Source: a virus
DNA length: 64,000 nt
Direction: 5' to 3' (one strand)
IMG/VR virus record: IMGVR_UViG_3300034073_000569
Coordinates: 1-64,000 of that record
How positions within the stretch are numbered: the first letter of the stretch is position 1; each line of letters starts with the position of its first letter. Below are positions 40,490 to 49,905 of this stretch, piece by piece. Both the position numbers and the translations under genes were made by a program. Below the pieces are notes generated by a model that was not told where the DNA came from, searched no databases, and was given only the letters and a program-made list of their open reading frames with translations.

Positions 40490-43400
40490 TTATATAATTT
40501 CTTCTAGTTTAATTTTAAATTTCTTTCCACTTCTGTTATTTAACATAAAGATTTCAGTCTCACCTTCTTGTAATGTCCAGTCCCCCCATGTACCATCAAC
40601 ATCGTTTTGCTTACCTTTATTAGACAAATGTAAGTCAGTTGTGTAAACATTGGCCCATCTAGCTGTAGTTGAGCCTAGATTCATTGATGCATCTACACCT
40701 GGTAAAAGATTACCACTAGCATCCCAATATCCTTTATATCCACTACTTCCTTCAAAATAATGTATTCCAGGAACTCTCCAATAAGTATCATTAACATAGT
40801 AAGCTAAATACTTGTAATCTGTATAATCGTGAAAATATAAGTATGAGGCTCCAGTGCCTCCAGTAGTTAATCTTATATTACCAATTACATCTAATTTATA
40901 TGATGGAACTCCTGTACCAATACCAACATTTCCATTTGTATTTATAAATAATTTATCAACATCATTAGTAAAAAAAGCAAGATTATGATTACTCCTAGTT
41001 CCAAAACTAGCCCCACCATCACCTAAATACGCTGCTAAATATGTGGCATTAGATGCTCCACCATTTATACCAAAAGCATAACCATTTGCAGCATTAATTA
41101 TTTGCAGTTTATATCCTGGTGTAGTAGTTCCAATGCCTACGTTGCCAGCTGCGGTTATCGTTAAAGCAGGAGATGCAGTAAATGAATTTCCAATAGTTAA
41201 TCCAGTATTAGAATAAAAAACGTGAGTCCCTACTGTTTGTTGATATATAGATGAAGTAGTTGCAGTTGCAATACTTGCTGTACCATTAAAATATGAACCG
41301 CTGCTAATTAAATTATTATTACCATTATTACTTGTGCTTGTTCCAGCAAATTGTAAACCCCCAATGTTAGCTACAGTACCATTTTTTGCAGCTACTAATA
41401 AGTTAGGTGAACTTGAAGAACTTGCACCACTTCCAACAATTACGCTACCGCTAAACGTAGCACTTGTACCATTCAAAGCTCCTGTAAGTGTGCCACCACT
41501 TAAAGGTAAATAAGTAGAAGCTGCACTAGATGTAGTTAAGTATGTACTATTATCATAACTTACTGTAGTACCACTTACTTTTACAAAGCCTGTACCATTA
41601 AGTTGTGCTTGTCCTGTAAATGCACCTACAGAGTATGCATATGCAACTACTTCAATAATATCATTAAGAGCAGCTCCACTAGATAACACTATACTTGTGC
41701 CATTGCTAGCTGTATATTCAGAAGAAGCTAACTTAGATCCATTGTAAAATATATCTACTAAACCAGGAGTGTAACTAACTGTAAATGAAGTCTGTCCAGC
41801 AGTAGCTGTAAAGTAACTTACTTGTCTTAGTGCACTACTAGCTGTAAATGCTGATGTATATTTAATTACATCTACAATGTTACCAGCACCAGTTCCTGTA
41901 GCTAATACTACTGTAGAACCGTCAGTTGCTGTAAAGTCAGCAGAAGTTAATCTAACACCGTTAATAAAGACATCTACTAAACCAACCACATACCCACCTG
42001 TTACAGTGAAAGTAGTTTGAGAAGCTGTAGCTGTATATGTTTGAATAGTTCTAGCAGAAGGATTAACACCAACTGTCCATGAACGATCTGTTGTTAAGTC
42101 GTATGCTGTTCCATTGATAGTCAATGTTCTAGCATTAGTTACAGGAGTATAACCAAGAGCAGTTGTAACATCACTTGATGTAAGAGTAATATCTCCTGTA
42201 CGTGTGTTAAATGATGTAAGACCTGCAGCTATTGACCATGTTCTATTTGCACTTAAATCATAAGTTGTACCGTTGATTGTTAATGTACGAGCATTAGTAA
42301 CTGGAGTGTAAGTTAATGCTGTAGTTACATCTGTATCAGATAATGTAATAGCACCTGTTCTAGTATTAAAACTAGTAACACCACCTTGATATTGAGGTAT
42401 GTTAAGTACACCTGTTACACTATCATATGTAGCTGCACCAGATGTACCAGTAGTTGTTAAACTAATTGATAGTCTAGCTCTAGCATCAGTATAATATAGG
42501 TTACCAGATTCAGTAACCTGTGCAGTGGTATAGTCTCCAGAAGCAGGAGTAATTGCCCCAGTTCTTGTATTGAAAGATGTTACACCTGCTGCAATATTCC
42601 ATGTTCTATCAGCTGATAAATCATAGGATGTACCATTGATAGTTATGGTCCTAGTTAAAGGAACTTTTGTTCCTATAGAAGTAGCAACTGTTGTAGCAAA
42701 GTTAGGATCATCACCTAATGCTGCTGCTAATTCATTTAATGTATCTAAAGTTGTAGGAGCACTATCTACTAAATTAGAAATAGCTGTGCTAACATAAGAC
42801 TGTGTAGCATAGTTATTAGTAGTTAGATAGGTGTTTACTCTAGCATCAGTATAGTAAAGATTAGTTCCCTCTACAATATTTGTAGTTGATGCAGCAATCT
42901 TAGTCCATAAACCAGTTGATGCTACATATTTAATCATATCACCATCTGATGCGTTAGCTACAGATAGATTATGAAGTTCGTCTAGTTCAAAACCATTTTG
43001 TACTTTAACAAAAATCTCACCGTTATTTGATTGTACACGTGTAACAACACCAATAAATACTAAATGAGCTGGTGCTGTAGGTTTATTAGCTAAACCAAAG
43101 ATTAAACCACCATTAGTACCTAACCAAACTGGATCACCTGCCGTAGCAGTAGATGTATCTAAGCCTGCAAGTAAACCTTCTGTTACAACAAACACTTCAT
43201 CATTTGTAACACCGTCAGTCTTAAGAAGACCTAGTGTTTTAGAAGATGTTGCTTCTGAACTATTAGAAGCTTTAGATACAATCATATTTGTACCTGAATC
43301 TCCTGTAGATCCAGATACATAAACGGCAGTACCTGCAGTCATTGTGGCACTAAGTTTTACATAATGCTGTACTTGACTTGTGTAGTTATCTATCCAAGTA

Positions 43401-44104
43401 GTATCATAACTAGTAGCACTTGCTTTTGCAAGAATCTGACCAGCTAAACCATTTGCAGGAACAAGACCTTGGTAGTTTGGAATATTTAAAACACCTGTAG
43501 AAGAGTTATAACTAGCTGCACCACTTACACCATTAGTTGTTAGACTAATAGCTAATCTAGCACGAGCATTTGTATAATATAAATTAATTGTTCCTTCTGG
43601 TACTTGATCAGTAGAAGATATAAATCCATTGTATATTGGGTTATATACAAAAACATCTAACAAGTCCCCACTTATGGATGCATCTGCTAACGTAAAAGTA
43701 TTACCATTAGTTGCATCAATAGCTGTTGGTGTAAGCAATACACCATTTAAGAATACATCAATAAGACCAGGTGTATAACCACCTGACACTGTAAATACTG
43801 TTTGACCCGCTGTAGCAGTAATCTGTTGTAAAGCTCTAATAGCTCCTACACCAGATGCAGCTACAGATACGATACCAGTTCCATCTATAGATAGGCCACT
43901 ACCTATCTTAATACCACCAAGAGTAGTACCAGATGCTATTGGTAAAGTGTATGGCGTAACAAATCCTCTAACCCAAGCGGTTGTAGCCAACTTGGTAGAG
44001 TTATCATTAGCATCAGGCGTCTGACCAGTAGCAGTATTGTTAAGTGTAACTACACCATCTACTGTCAGACCAGCTTTAGCTAGTATGTCAGATAGAAATT
44101 TCAT
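40490..44104 (-). CDS. Long multi-repeat tail fibre protein (1204 aa)
   Basis: Three TATAGQTxFTV..YxxGLxDVFxNG units, three GxTSFNTRTG units, three RTLTINGTxYDLxxxRxW units, SAPTTLDTLNELAAAL, C-terminal WANVYTTDLHLSN...WGDWTLQEG. Confidence 0.85.
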   Translation of the reverse strand: MKFLSDILAKAGLTVDGVVTLNNTATGQTPDANDNSTKLATTAWVRGFVTPYTLPIASGTTLGGIKIGSGLSIDGTGIVSVAASGVGAIRALQQITATAGQTVFTVSGGYTPGLIDVFLNGVLLTPTAIDATNGNTFTLADASISGDLLDVFVYNPIYNGFISSTDQVPEGTINLYYTNARARLAISLTTNGVSGAASYNSSTGVLNIPNYQGLVPANGLAGQILAKASATSYDTTWIDNYTSQVQHYVKLSATMTAGTAVYVSGSTGDSGTNMIVSKASNSSEATSSKTLGLLKTDGVTNDEVFVVTEGLLAGLDTSTATAGDPVWLGTNGGLIFGLANKPTAPAHLVFIGVVTRVQSNNGEIFVKVQNGFELDELHNLSVANASDGDMIKYVASTGLWTKIAASTTNIVEGTNLYYTDARVNTYLTTNNYATQSYVSTAISNLVDSAPTTLDTLNELAAALGDDPNFATTVATSIGTKVPLTRTITINGTSYDLSADRTWNIAAGVTSFNTRTGAITPASGDYTTAQVTESGNLYYTDARARLSISLTTTGTSGAATYDSVTGVLNIPQYQGGVTSFNTRTGAITLSDTDVTTALTYTPVTNARTLTINGTTYDLSANRTWSIAAGLTSFNTRTGDITLTSSDVTTALGYTPVTNARTLTINGTAYDLTTDRSWTVGVNPSARTIQTYTATASQTTFTVTGGYVVGLVDVFINGVRLTSADFTATDGSTVVLATGTGAGNIVDVIKYTSAFTASSALRQVSYFTATAGQTSFTVSYTPGLVDIFYNGSKLASSEYTASNGTSIVLSSGAALNDIIEVVAYAYSVGAFTGQAQLNGTGFVKVSGTTVSYDNSTYLTTSSAASTYLPLSGGTLTGALNGTSATFSGSVIVGSGASSSSSPNLLVAAKNGTVANIGGLQFAGTSTSNNGNNNLISSGSYFNGTASIATATTSSIYQQTVGTHVFYSNTGLTIGNSFTASPALTITAAGNVGIGTTTPGYKLQIINAANGYAFGINGGASNATYLAAYLGDGGASFGTRSNHNLAFFTNDVDKLFINTNGNVGIGTGVPSYKLDVIGNIRLTTGGTGASYLYFHDYTDYKYLAYYVNDTYWRVPGIHYFEGSSGYKGYWDASGNLLPGVDASMNLGSTTARWANVYTTDLHLSNKGKQNDVDGTWGDWTLQEGETEIFMLNNRSGKKFKIKLEEII

Positions 44105-44113
44105 TCAGTGTTA

Positions 44114-45325
44114 TTATTTCTTGATGATTACACGATATGCATTAGCTGAAGGAGCTACTGCAAAACTTACAGTTACGGTATTAACATCTGTAATTACTAC
44201 ATCTGTAATAACCTCTTCTAGTGTAGTATTATCTTTTATCATCACAATAACATCAACAGTGTTTAAACCATGAGATAAAGCATATGAAGTACCTGCTCCA
44301 CCAATATTTGCGGCATAACCACCAGTTCTGTTATCTAATAAAGTTTTTAACTTTAAAGGAGTAACAATTCTAGCATCATCAGTACCTGTATCAGTCTCAG
44401 CTTGTGTTGCAATCTCAGCAATACCAGTACGAGTCTCAGTAGCTGTACGAGAAGATAATGCCGCAGGAGTTACTGCTTTATTAGAATCTGTACCAGTTTG
44501 TGTCTCTGCGTTTGTAGCAAGATATACTAAACCTAATACTGTTGTTGTAGCTTGATCTCTGTTAACTTCTAATCTAATCCAATCAACTTTAGAACTTGTA
44601 GAAGCTGCATTGTTTTTAGCAACAATTACATCACCAACATTAAATGGTTCACTATCTACAGTGCCAGCAACTGTTACATACCAGTAATCACCAGCTTTAG
44701 TACCAGCAACTGGAGCTGATCCTACAGGAAAAGATCCTGAAGAAGCATCCCATCCACCTTCTAAATTACCTAAGTTTCCTACATTAGTATCAATATAAGA
44801 TTTAATAGATTGTGATGTAGCAAGAGTTGTACTAGATGCACTAGCTAAATCAGTAACAATTGTTACTTCAGCTGGATTAGCTGTAGCACCAGATACGTTA
44901 CCAATAACAGTTAGATTAGCAACTTGTTGTAACTTATCAAAAGTTACAGCATTAGCATTAATCTTTACAGTAGTAACTGCAGAGTTAGCTAGCTTACCAG
45001 TAGTAATACCTAAATCTTTAACTCTTAAACTATCTGAGTCAATCTCAATAGTTGCGTTATCTACATTAATATCTAATGTAATTACATCTCCATTAGCAGA
45101 TGTAGATGCTGTAAGACCAGCACCACCAAGAACATCTTGGATATCTCCTGACATGTCCACCCATGCGGTACCATCCCAAAAAAACATTCTTAAAACTGAA
45201 GGCGTAGTGTCAAAATAGATTTGACCAACTACTGGACTAGACGGTGCACCAGCTTTATTGTGAACCGCTACATTTAAAATCTGGTTTTGATTGAGGTCCA
45301 GATTGGTTAAAAACTTTTTAGACAT
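44114..45325 (-). CDS. Tail fibre/hub-associated structural protein
   Basis: ATxxxxGxxxxATxAETxTGTDxxxxVTP repeats; C-terminal HGLNTVDVIV...TVTVSF beta domain. Confidence 0.7.
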   Translation of the reverse strand: MSKKFLTNLDLNQNQILNVAVHNKAGAPSSPVVGQIYFDTTPSVLRMFFWDGTAWVDMSGDIQDVLGGAGLTASTSANGDVITLDINVDNATIEIDSDSLRVKDLGITTGKLANSAVTTVKINANAVTFDKLQQVANLTVIGNVSGATANPAEVTIVTDLASASSTTLATSQSIKSYIDTNVGNLGNLEGGWDASSGSFPVGSAPVAGTKAGDYWYVTVAGTVDSEPFNVGDVIVAKNNAASTSSKVDWIRLEVNRDQATTTVLGLVYLATNAETQTGTDSNKAVTPAALSSRTATETRTGIAEIATQAETDTGTDDARIVTPLKLKTLLDNRTGGYAANIGGAGTSYALSHGLNTVDVIVMIKDNTTLEEVITDVVITDVNTVTVSFAVAPSANAYRVIIKK

Positions 45326-45341
45326 AGTATTTGTATTATAA

Positions 45342-45869
45342 TTAGTTTAAAAATGCTTTCCCACTAAATGGTGCAGAAAATTTAACTGTTAATGAATTAG
45401 AATTAGTATGTTGTACTTCTCCAATAACTTCTTCATTACTTGAATCTACTACAGAAACAGATGGGTACTTGTTCAAGTTATGAGTTATAGACCATACACT
45501 TGATGATACTGTTTGATTATGAATATGCGAAAACTTATATGTCTCTTGTATAGAGAGTGTATCTCTATACGTAAGAATAATAGTTCTATTTTCATTATCA
45601 GCAGTTACAGTGATATCAACCACTGTTTTGTTAAAAGCTTCAGCTATTTGAGCAAGTTGACTATCTGATAAACTTACTTGATCCCACTGGTTACCGTCCC
45701 ATGAATACACCATTTTTAATGTAGTATCATAGACAATAATACCAGAGTCATTAGAATTATATCCAGACGCTAAAGCATTTCTTTCTGCAGTGGTTACAGG
45801 TTGTAACTTAGCATTAAGAATACTATTCTTATTAAAATCGTAGTCTACATATATTTTCTGTACTGCCAT
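45342..45869 (-). CDS. Small structural protein with C-terminal HNLxxYP beta domain
   Basis: WSITHNLNKYPSVSVVD...FSAPFSGKAFLN; paralogous to the C-terminus of 45869..46465. Confidence 0.6.
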   Translation of the reverse strand: MAVQKIYVDYDFNKNSILNAKLQPVTTAERNALASGYNSNDSGIIVYDTTLKMVYSWDGNQWDQVSLSDSQLAQIAEAFNKTVVDITVTADNENRTIILTYRDTLSIQETYKFSHIHNQTVSSSVWSITHNLNKYPSVSVVDSSNEEVIGEVQHTNSNSLTVKFSAPFSGKAFLN

Positions 45870-46465
45870 TATGATAAGTATGCTCTGCCGGCTACGGGTT
45901 GATTAAAGTAAATCTTAAGTCTATTATTATCAATATAGTCTATCACTCCTTGTATATCTGCACCTGTTAAATCTTCTGTTCTAACATTAGGACTTAAGTT
46001 CATACCATGAACAACATCCCACATTGTAGAAGCTGTTTGTTGTGTAAATACAAAAGAACTATTTTGATTAATAGTAATGGCTGGGTTTAAATTAATTCTA
46101 GTAATACATCCACCAGAGTTAATCTCTATAATATTTTGACCAGACTGTTGTGTACCCATGTAGTCTAATCCTACAGATGGACCTTTACCATCTTCAGACA
46201 TAAAGAAACCTGTGCCTCCTTTAGAATATAACACATCATCGTACTTTATACCGAGCCAAGTTTTAAGTTGAACTTTAGTTTCAGATAAAGCTCCTTCATC
46301 TTCATTAGCTTCCCATTCAACTAACTCTTTTCTCATAGAAATGAGTTGGCTATCTTGTTCTGGCTTACAAGAGTCAACACCATAACGCATCTGTTTGTAT
46401 AAACGATGCATTACATCAGCAAACTGCTTATTGTATTTTTCTCTATTCTGTAGATAAGTTCTCAT
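45869..46465 (-). CDS. Structural protein (tail hub-like) with C-terminal beta domain
   Basis: RYGVDSC motif; WDVVHGMNLSPNV...FNQPVAGRAYLS. Confidence 0.55.
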   Translation of the reverse strand: MRTYLQNREKYNKQFADVMHRLYKQMRYGVDSCKPEQDSQLISMRKELVEWEANEDEGALSETKVQLKTWLGIKYDDVLYSKGGTGFFMSEDGKGPSVGLDYMGTQQSGQNIIEINSGGCITRINLNPAITINQNSSFVFTQQTASTMWDVVHGMNLSPNVRTEDLTGADIQGVIDYIDNNRLKIYFNQPVAGRAYLS

Positions 46466-46619
46466 TCTGTGTATTACTTGTTTGAGCTATTAAAGCTTCT
46501 AATTTAATTTGAGCTTCATAAGATGTGATACAATTAGCACAAACTCTTTTACCATCTGAAGCTATCCTATCTTGACATCCACATGTTATGGATGAATTGC
46601 AATTTGAACACTGTCTCAT
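46443..46619 (-). CDS. Small Cys-rich zinc-binding protein (58 aa, below ORF-track cutoff)
   Basis: Hand translation MRQCSNCNSSITCGCQDRIASDGKRVCANCITSYEAQ...; preceded by the AAACCAAAC leader seen before other genes. Confidence 0.65.
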   Translation of the reverse strand: MRQCSNCNSSITCGCQDRIASDGKRVCANCITSYEAQIKLEALIAQTSNTQNENLSTE

Positions 46620-46641
46620 TATGTTTGGTTTTTAGTGAGCT

Positions 46642-47199
46642 TTAACAGTTTGTTCCACAAAGACCGTTAGTAATTTTATCTAATCTTTTTTTTGCGTATA
46701 ATAAAAGTTCCATACCAGCTTCAGGGCTATGACAATACTCCACCTTAGCTTTAGCTGCATCTATAAAACTTTTTATTAGTCTTAATTCTACAAGTTTTTC
46801 TTTTATGTCTGCATCTGGTTCACACGCACTCATCTCTAATTCACACAAAAGATTGTAATATCTGTTTACAGTTTGTGTAACACGAAGATGATTATACTCT
46901 ACCTGAACAATACTATTTGGAGACATAGAGTAGTTAATAACATAAATACCATCTGGAAGTGGTTGTGCTGCTTCACTACATCCTGTCTTTTGTAATCCTA
47001 AAGTACAGGCTGTTAGTGTTGTGTTAAACCCAGGTAACATTTCAATATTTACAGGAAGATTAAATCCTGGAGAAGTGATACTTAGAACACCGCAGTCTTG
47101 TCCAACTCCGTCAGCATAAATGCTGGTATCAAATATACGTAAAACCTTAATATTATTAGTATCAGGCAGCTCTAAACTTAGCTGATGTTTGCTTGCCAT
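46642..47199 (-). CDS. Structural protein (tail hub/fibre-docking candidate)
   Basis: 185 aa; DTSIY...LSITSPG...LPDGIYVINYS then helical C-terminus; synteny after auxiliary capsid gene. Confidence 0.55.
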   Translation of the reverse strand: MASKHQLSLELPDTNNIKVLRIFDTSIYADGVGQDCGVLSITSPGFNLPVNIEMLPGFNTTLTACTLGLQKTGCSEAAQPLPDGIYVINYSMSPNSIVQVEYNHLRVTQTVNRYYNLLCELEMSACEPDADIKEKLVELRLIKSFIDAAKAKVEYCHSPEAGMELLLYAKKRLDKITNGLCGTNC

Positions 47200-47243
47200 T
47201 AGTGTAAACTTTAATAGTTTATATAAATTTAAAGACGAAGGTC

Positions 47244-47259
47244 CTCAATAATAATATAC
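47244..47259 (-). promoter_or_regulatory. Repeated phage promoter-like motif, copy 4
   Basis: GTATATTATTATTGAG right after a terminator. Confidence 0.5.
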
Positions 47260-47280
47260 CAAATTTTTGGGAATTATCCA

Positions 47281-47315
47281 AAAACAAAAAGGGAGGGACA
47301 TTTGTCCTCTCCCTT
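47281..47315 (-). terminator. Intrinsic terminator after the auxiliary capsid gene
   Basis: Minus strand AAGGGAGAGGAC-AAAT-GTCCCTCCCTT followed by TTTGTTTT. Confidence 0.75.
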
Positions 47316-47338
47316 AATGTTTAGATATTCTTAATATC

Positions 47339-48694
47339 TTATACAGTCTCTAAAGTTACTGCATTACCAGCCGCACTTGCACTAGATGCAATGAAGTTAG
47401 TAATTGAAGTAGTAGAAGTACCAGCAGGTACGTGAACTACGATCAAATACTGATCATTATCAAATGTGCTTGTTGGGTTGTTGAAACGAGGTACATTGTG
47501 TAAGATCAATACTTGATCATACAAACCAGCCTTGTTTACAGTTGCCAAAGCTGGATCAGCTTCGATCTCACGCATACGTAAGCTATCTACACGAGAGCTA
47601 TCAGGATATGCATTTTGTAAGTAACGACCATCTAAGATCAACTCACGTAATACAGTCTCACCTAAACCAGATGCTTGCTTAGGAGCTTGGATCTCTGCAG
47701 ATACAAATCCGTTTACAGCACAAGGATCACCAGACTCATCTACAAATGAAGTGTAGATAAATAATGGCTCTAATTCATAGAAATCAGTTGGAGTAAAAGT
47801 ACAAGCACCAAACTTAGTTTCAACGTAAGCAGCAGTGATCTCTAAGTGAGAATCTACAGCAGCTACATCATTAGCAGCAGTTACAGGAGAGTAAGTACCA
47901 GTTGCTACTTCAGAGTAGATCTTAGCATTACCATCTGTAGAAGCTACAGCATTTTTAGTAAGAACTACATTTGCATAGCCAGAACCAGCTGAATCAGCAG
48001 CACCAACAGAAACTACTTGAGAACCACCAGCTAAAGAAGCATGAACCACTTTTTCACCTGCTTGGAAAGCAGCTGCATCAGCGTTAGCTACAACGATAGT
48101 TGCAGAACCAGCTGTTGGGTTAATAGCTACTGAAGCAGTAGTTAAATTCCACACCTTAGCTTGAACAAAGTCTTTCAACAATGGAGCCTCGTTAATTTGA
48201 TCTTTCCACTTAAGTAAGATCACGTTTTGGTCTACTGTGTTAGTAGTACCTGCAACAGCATCACAACCACTGTGAGCGTCTAATGTCTTGTACAACTGGT
48301 GGTTTAAAAAACGCAACGCAGGTGAACCTTTAACATCTAAACGTAGACGGTAAGTAGTGTCACTGTTAATTGTAGCTGCAGAAGGATCTACAGATACGAT
48401 TTGATTTTGAGCAACATCAGATGTTACTTTGATCAAACGGCTGATGTACTTAGGGTTGATCACTTTAGACTTAACTGACTCTTTGTAACCACCGTGAACA
48501 GGGCCAATTTTGTCAGCAGCAAAGTAAGAACCTTGAGCCAAAATAAAAGGAGCAGCTTGAGCAGTAACAGCTTGGTACGTCTTAGCATCAAAGAAGCCAA
48601 TTTGACCAGCAGTTAAAGCATCAGTACCACCAGAGCTAGCTAAAGTTGTGCTAGCAGGCAAGAATGACTTGCGGAATGCATTAGGAAAATACAT
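47339..48694 (-). CDS. Putative auxiliary capsid/abundant structural protein
   Basis: 451 aa, Ala/Thr-rich; shares its translation leader with the MCP gene; codon usage similar to MCP (C-ending codons). Confidence 0.6.
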   Translation of the reverse strand: MYFPNAFRKSFLPASTTLASSGGTDALTAGQIGFFDAKTYQAVTAQAAPFILAQGSYFAADKIGPVHGGYKESVKSKVINPKYISRLIKVTSDVAQNQIVSVDPSAATINSDTTYRLRLDVKGSPALRFLNHQLYKTLDAHSGCDAVAGTTNTVDQNVILLKWKDQINEAPLLKDFVQAKVWNLTTASVAINPTAGSATIVVANADAAAFQAGEKVVHASLAGGSQVVSVGAADSAGSGYANVVLTKNAVASTDGNAKIYSEVATGTYSPVTAANDVAAVDSHLEITAAYVETKFGACTFTPTDFYELEPLFIYTSFVDESGDPCAVNGFVSAEIQAPKQASGLGETVLRELILDGRYLQNAYPDSSRVDSLRMREIEADPALATVNKAGLYDQVLILHNVPRFNNPTSTFDNDQYLIVVHVPAGTSTTSITNFIASSASAAGNAVTLETV

Positions 48695-48733
48695 AGGGCT
48701 TTAATTTAAGGGTTATAAATAAAAAAAATAAAT

Positions 48734-49147
48734 TTAACTTAAAAACATTAACTTATACTTAGTTGAAGATATTAAACTTTTTACCTCATCAAGTTGGTTT
48801 GTAACTTCTGAAAAAGGCATAAGCTTTTGTAACTCAGTAACTTCTGTATATAGTTCTTTTATATGCGAAAGAGCTTCTTGTACAGATCCACATTTGTATG
48901 GTGTCACTGTAGGATACTCTAACAACTTCTCACGAGCACCTTGATATTGTTCTGCAACAGAATCAAGTAGTCCTGGCATACCTTCATAAAACTCACCTAG
49001 AGCTTTATGTATTGATAATGAACCTGGTCCTGTAATCTTTAGATGTAACTGATGCATACTCACTGTAAAAGATTGTGCATGAGCGATCATAGCTGCTGTT
49101 TCAGTACATGGGCCCATTGGTCCTGGTCTTTGTAACTTCTGTATCAT
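48734..49147 (-). CDS. Dps/ferritin-like four-helix protein (DUF5856-like)
   Basis: HQLHLKITGPGSLSIHKALGEFYE...LDSVAEQYQG resembles the Dps signature H-W-N-V-x-G...H...D-x-x-A-E. Confidence 0.65.
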   Translation of the reverse strand: MIQKLQRPGPMGPCTETAAMIAHAQSFTVSMHQLHLKITGPGSLSIHKALGEFYEGMPGLLDSVAEQYQGAREKLLEYPTVTPYKCGSVQEALSHIKELYTEVTELQKLMPFSEVTNQLDEVKSLISSTKYKLMFLS

Positions 49148-49851
49148 TAACTATTTCTTTGTGCGTTTTGTACTTCTCTCTGATACTGATTCATAGACTC
49201 TATATCACCAGCTAAGATTGCAGCAGCTTCATCAGCTATAATCTCACAGATATCATCTTTTAACTCACACTCTACAGCAGTAGTAAAGGTTTGTCCAGTT
49301 GCAATATTAGTACAACCTAAAATCTGAATATCTTTTGGTTTTCTATAATATACTAATTTAGAATCATGTACAGTAAATAAACCATTTGTATAGATTCTAA
49401 TCTTATCTCCAAGTATTGTACAAAAAGTCTCAGCCCATTCAAAGGAAGGTGACTTAAAACTATCTGCTAAAAGAATATCTACGTTTGCTTCTTCTGCTTG
49501 ATAGATAGTACTTAAAGCTCTTTTTGGACAACAATCATTCTTTACATTAGCACTAACTCTTACAAAGTGTAAGTAGTTAGCTGGAATAGCATCAGTTTCA
49601 AAGTACTTTGGCTTTTCTAAACCACGTAATTCTATTTCACTAAGTAGTATCTGAAGATCATCAACCACTGTAACACTCTGTTCAGAAGATTCTTTAAGGG
49701 CATTTAATCCGTGTAAACGTCTACGTACCCACTCAATTTGAGCCTTATTGAAAGCCTCTTGGATCATCCAACACTCAATGTTGTCATAATCAAAAGAGCC
49801 AAGCTTATTAAGCCTCTGCTTGATTTTTATCTGTAACAGGTTGTTGTTCAT
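49147..49851 (-). CDS. Head-tail ring/adaptor protein (crAssphage gp74-like position)
   Basis: FNKAQIEW...IPANYLHF...YYRKPKDI; conserved position two genes after MCP. Confidence 0.7.
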   Translation of the reverse strand: MNNNLLQIKIKQRLNKLGSFDYDNIECWMIQEAFNKAQIEWVRRRLHGLNALKESSEQSVTVVDDLQILLSEIELRGLEKPKYFETDAIPANYLHFVRVSANVKNDCCPKRALSTIYQAEEANVDILLADSFKSPSFEWAETFCTILGDKIRIYTNGLFTVHDSKLVYYRKPKDIQILGCTNIATGQTFTTAVECELKDDICEIIADEAAAILAGDIESMNQYQREVQNAQRNS

Positions 49852-49861
49852 ATTTTATAAA

Positions 49862-49898
49862 GACCTGGGTGCTGTTCTCACGGGAAGCAACCCAGGTA
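49862..49898 (-). other. Intergenic RNA hairpin
   Basis: ACCTGGGT...ACCCAGGT inverted repeat with inner GCT/AGC pairs; no strong U-tract. Confidence 0.5.
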
Positions 49899-49905
49899 CT
49901 GTTTT

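Noticed and set aside
33800-42700. CRISPR-like array
   Set aside because: Repeats are degenerate, in-frame protein repeats with no unique spacers.
29924-44104. Diversity-generating retroelement or invertible fibre cassettes
   Set aside because: No reverse transcriptase or invertase in the window; repeats are all coding, same orientation, and differences are not adenine-specific.
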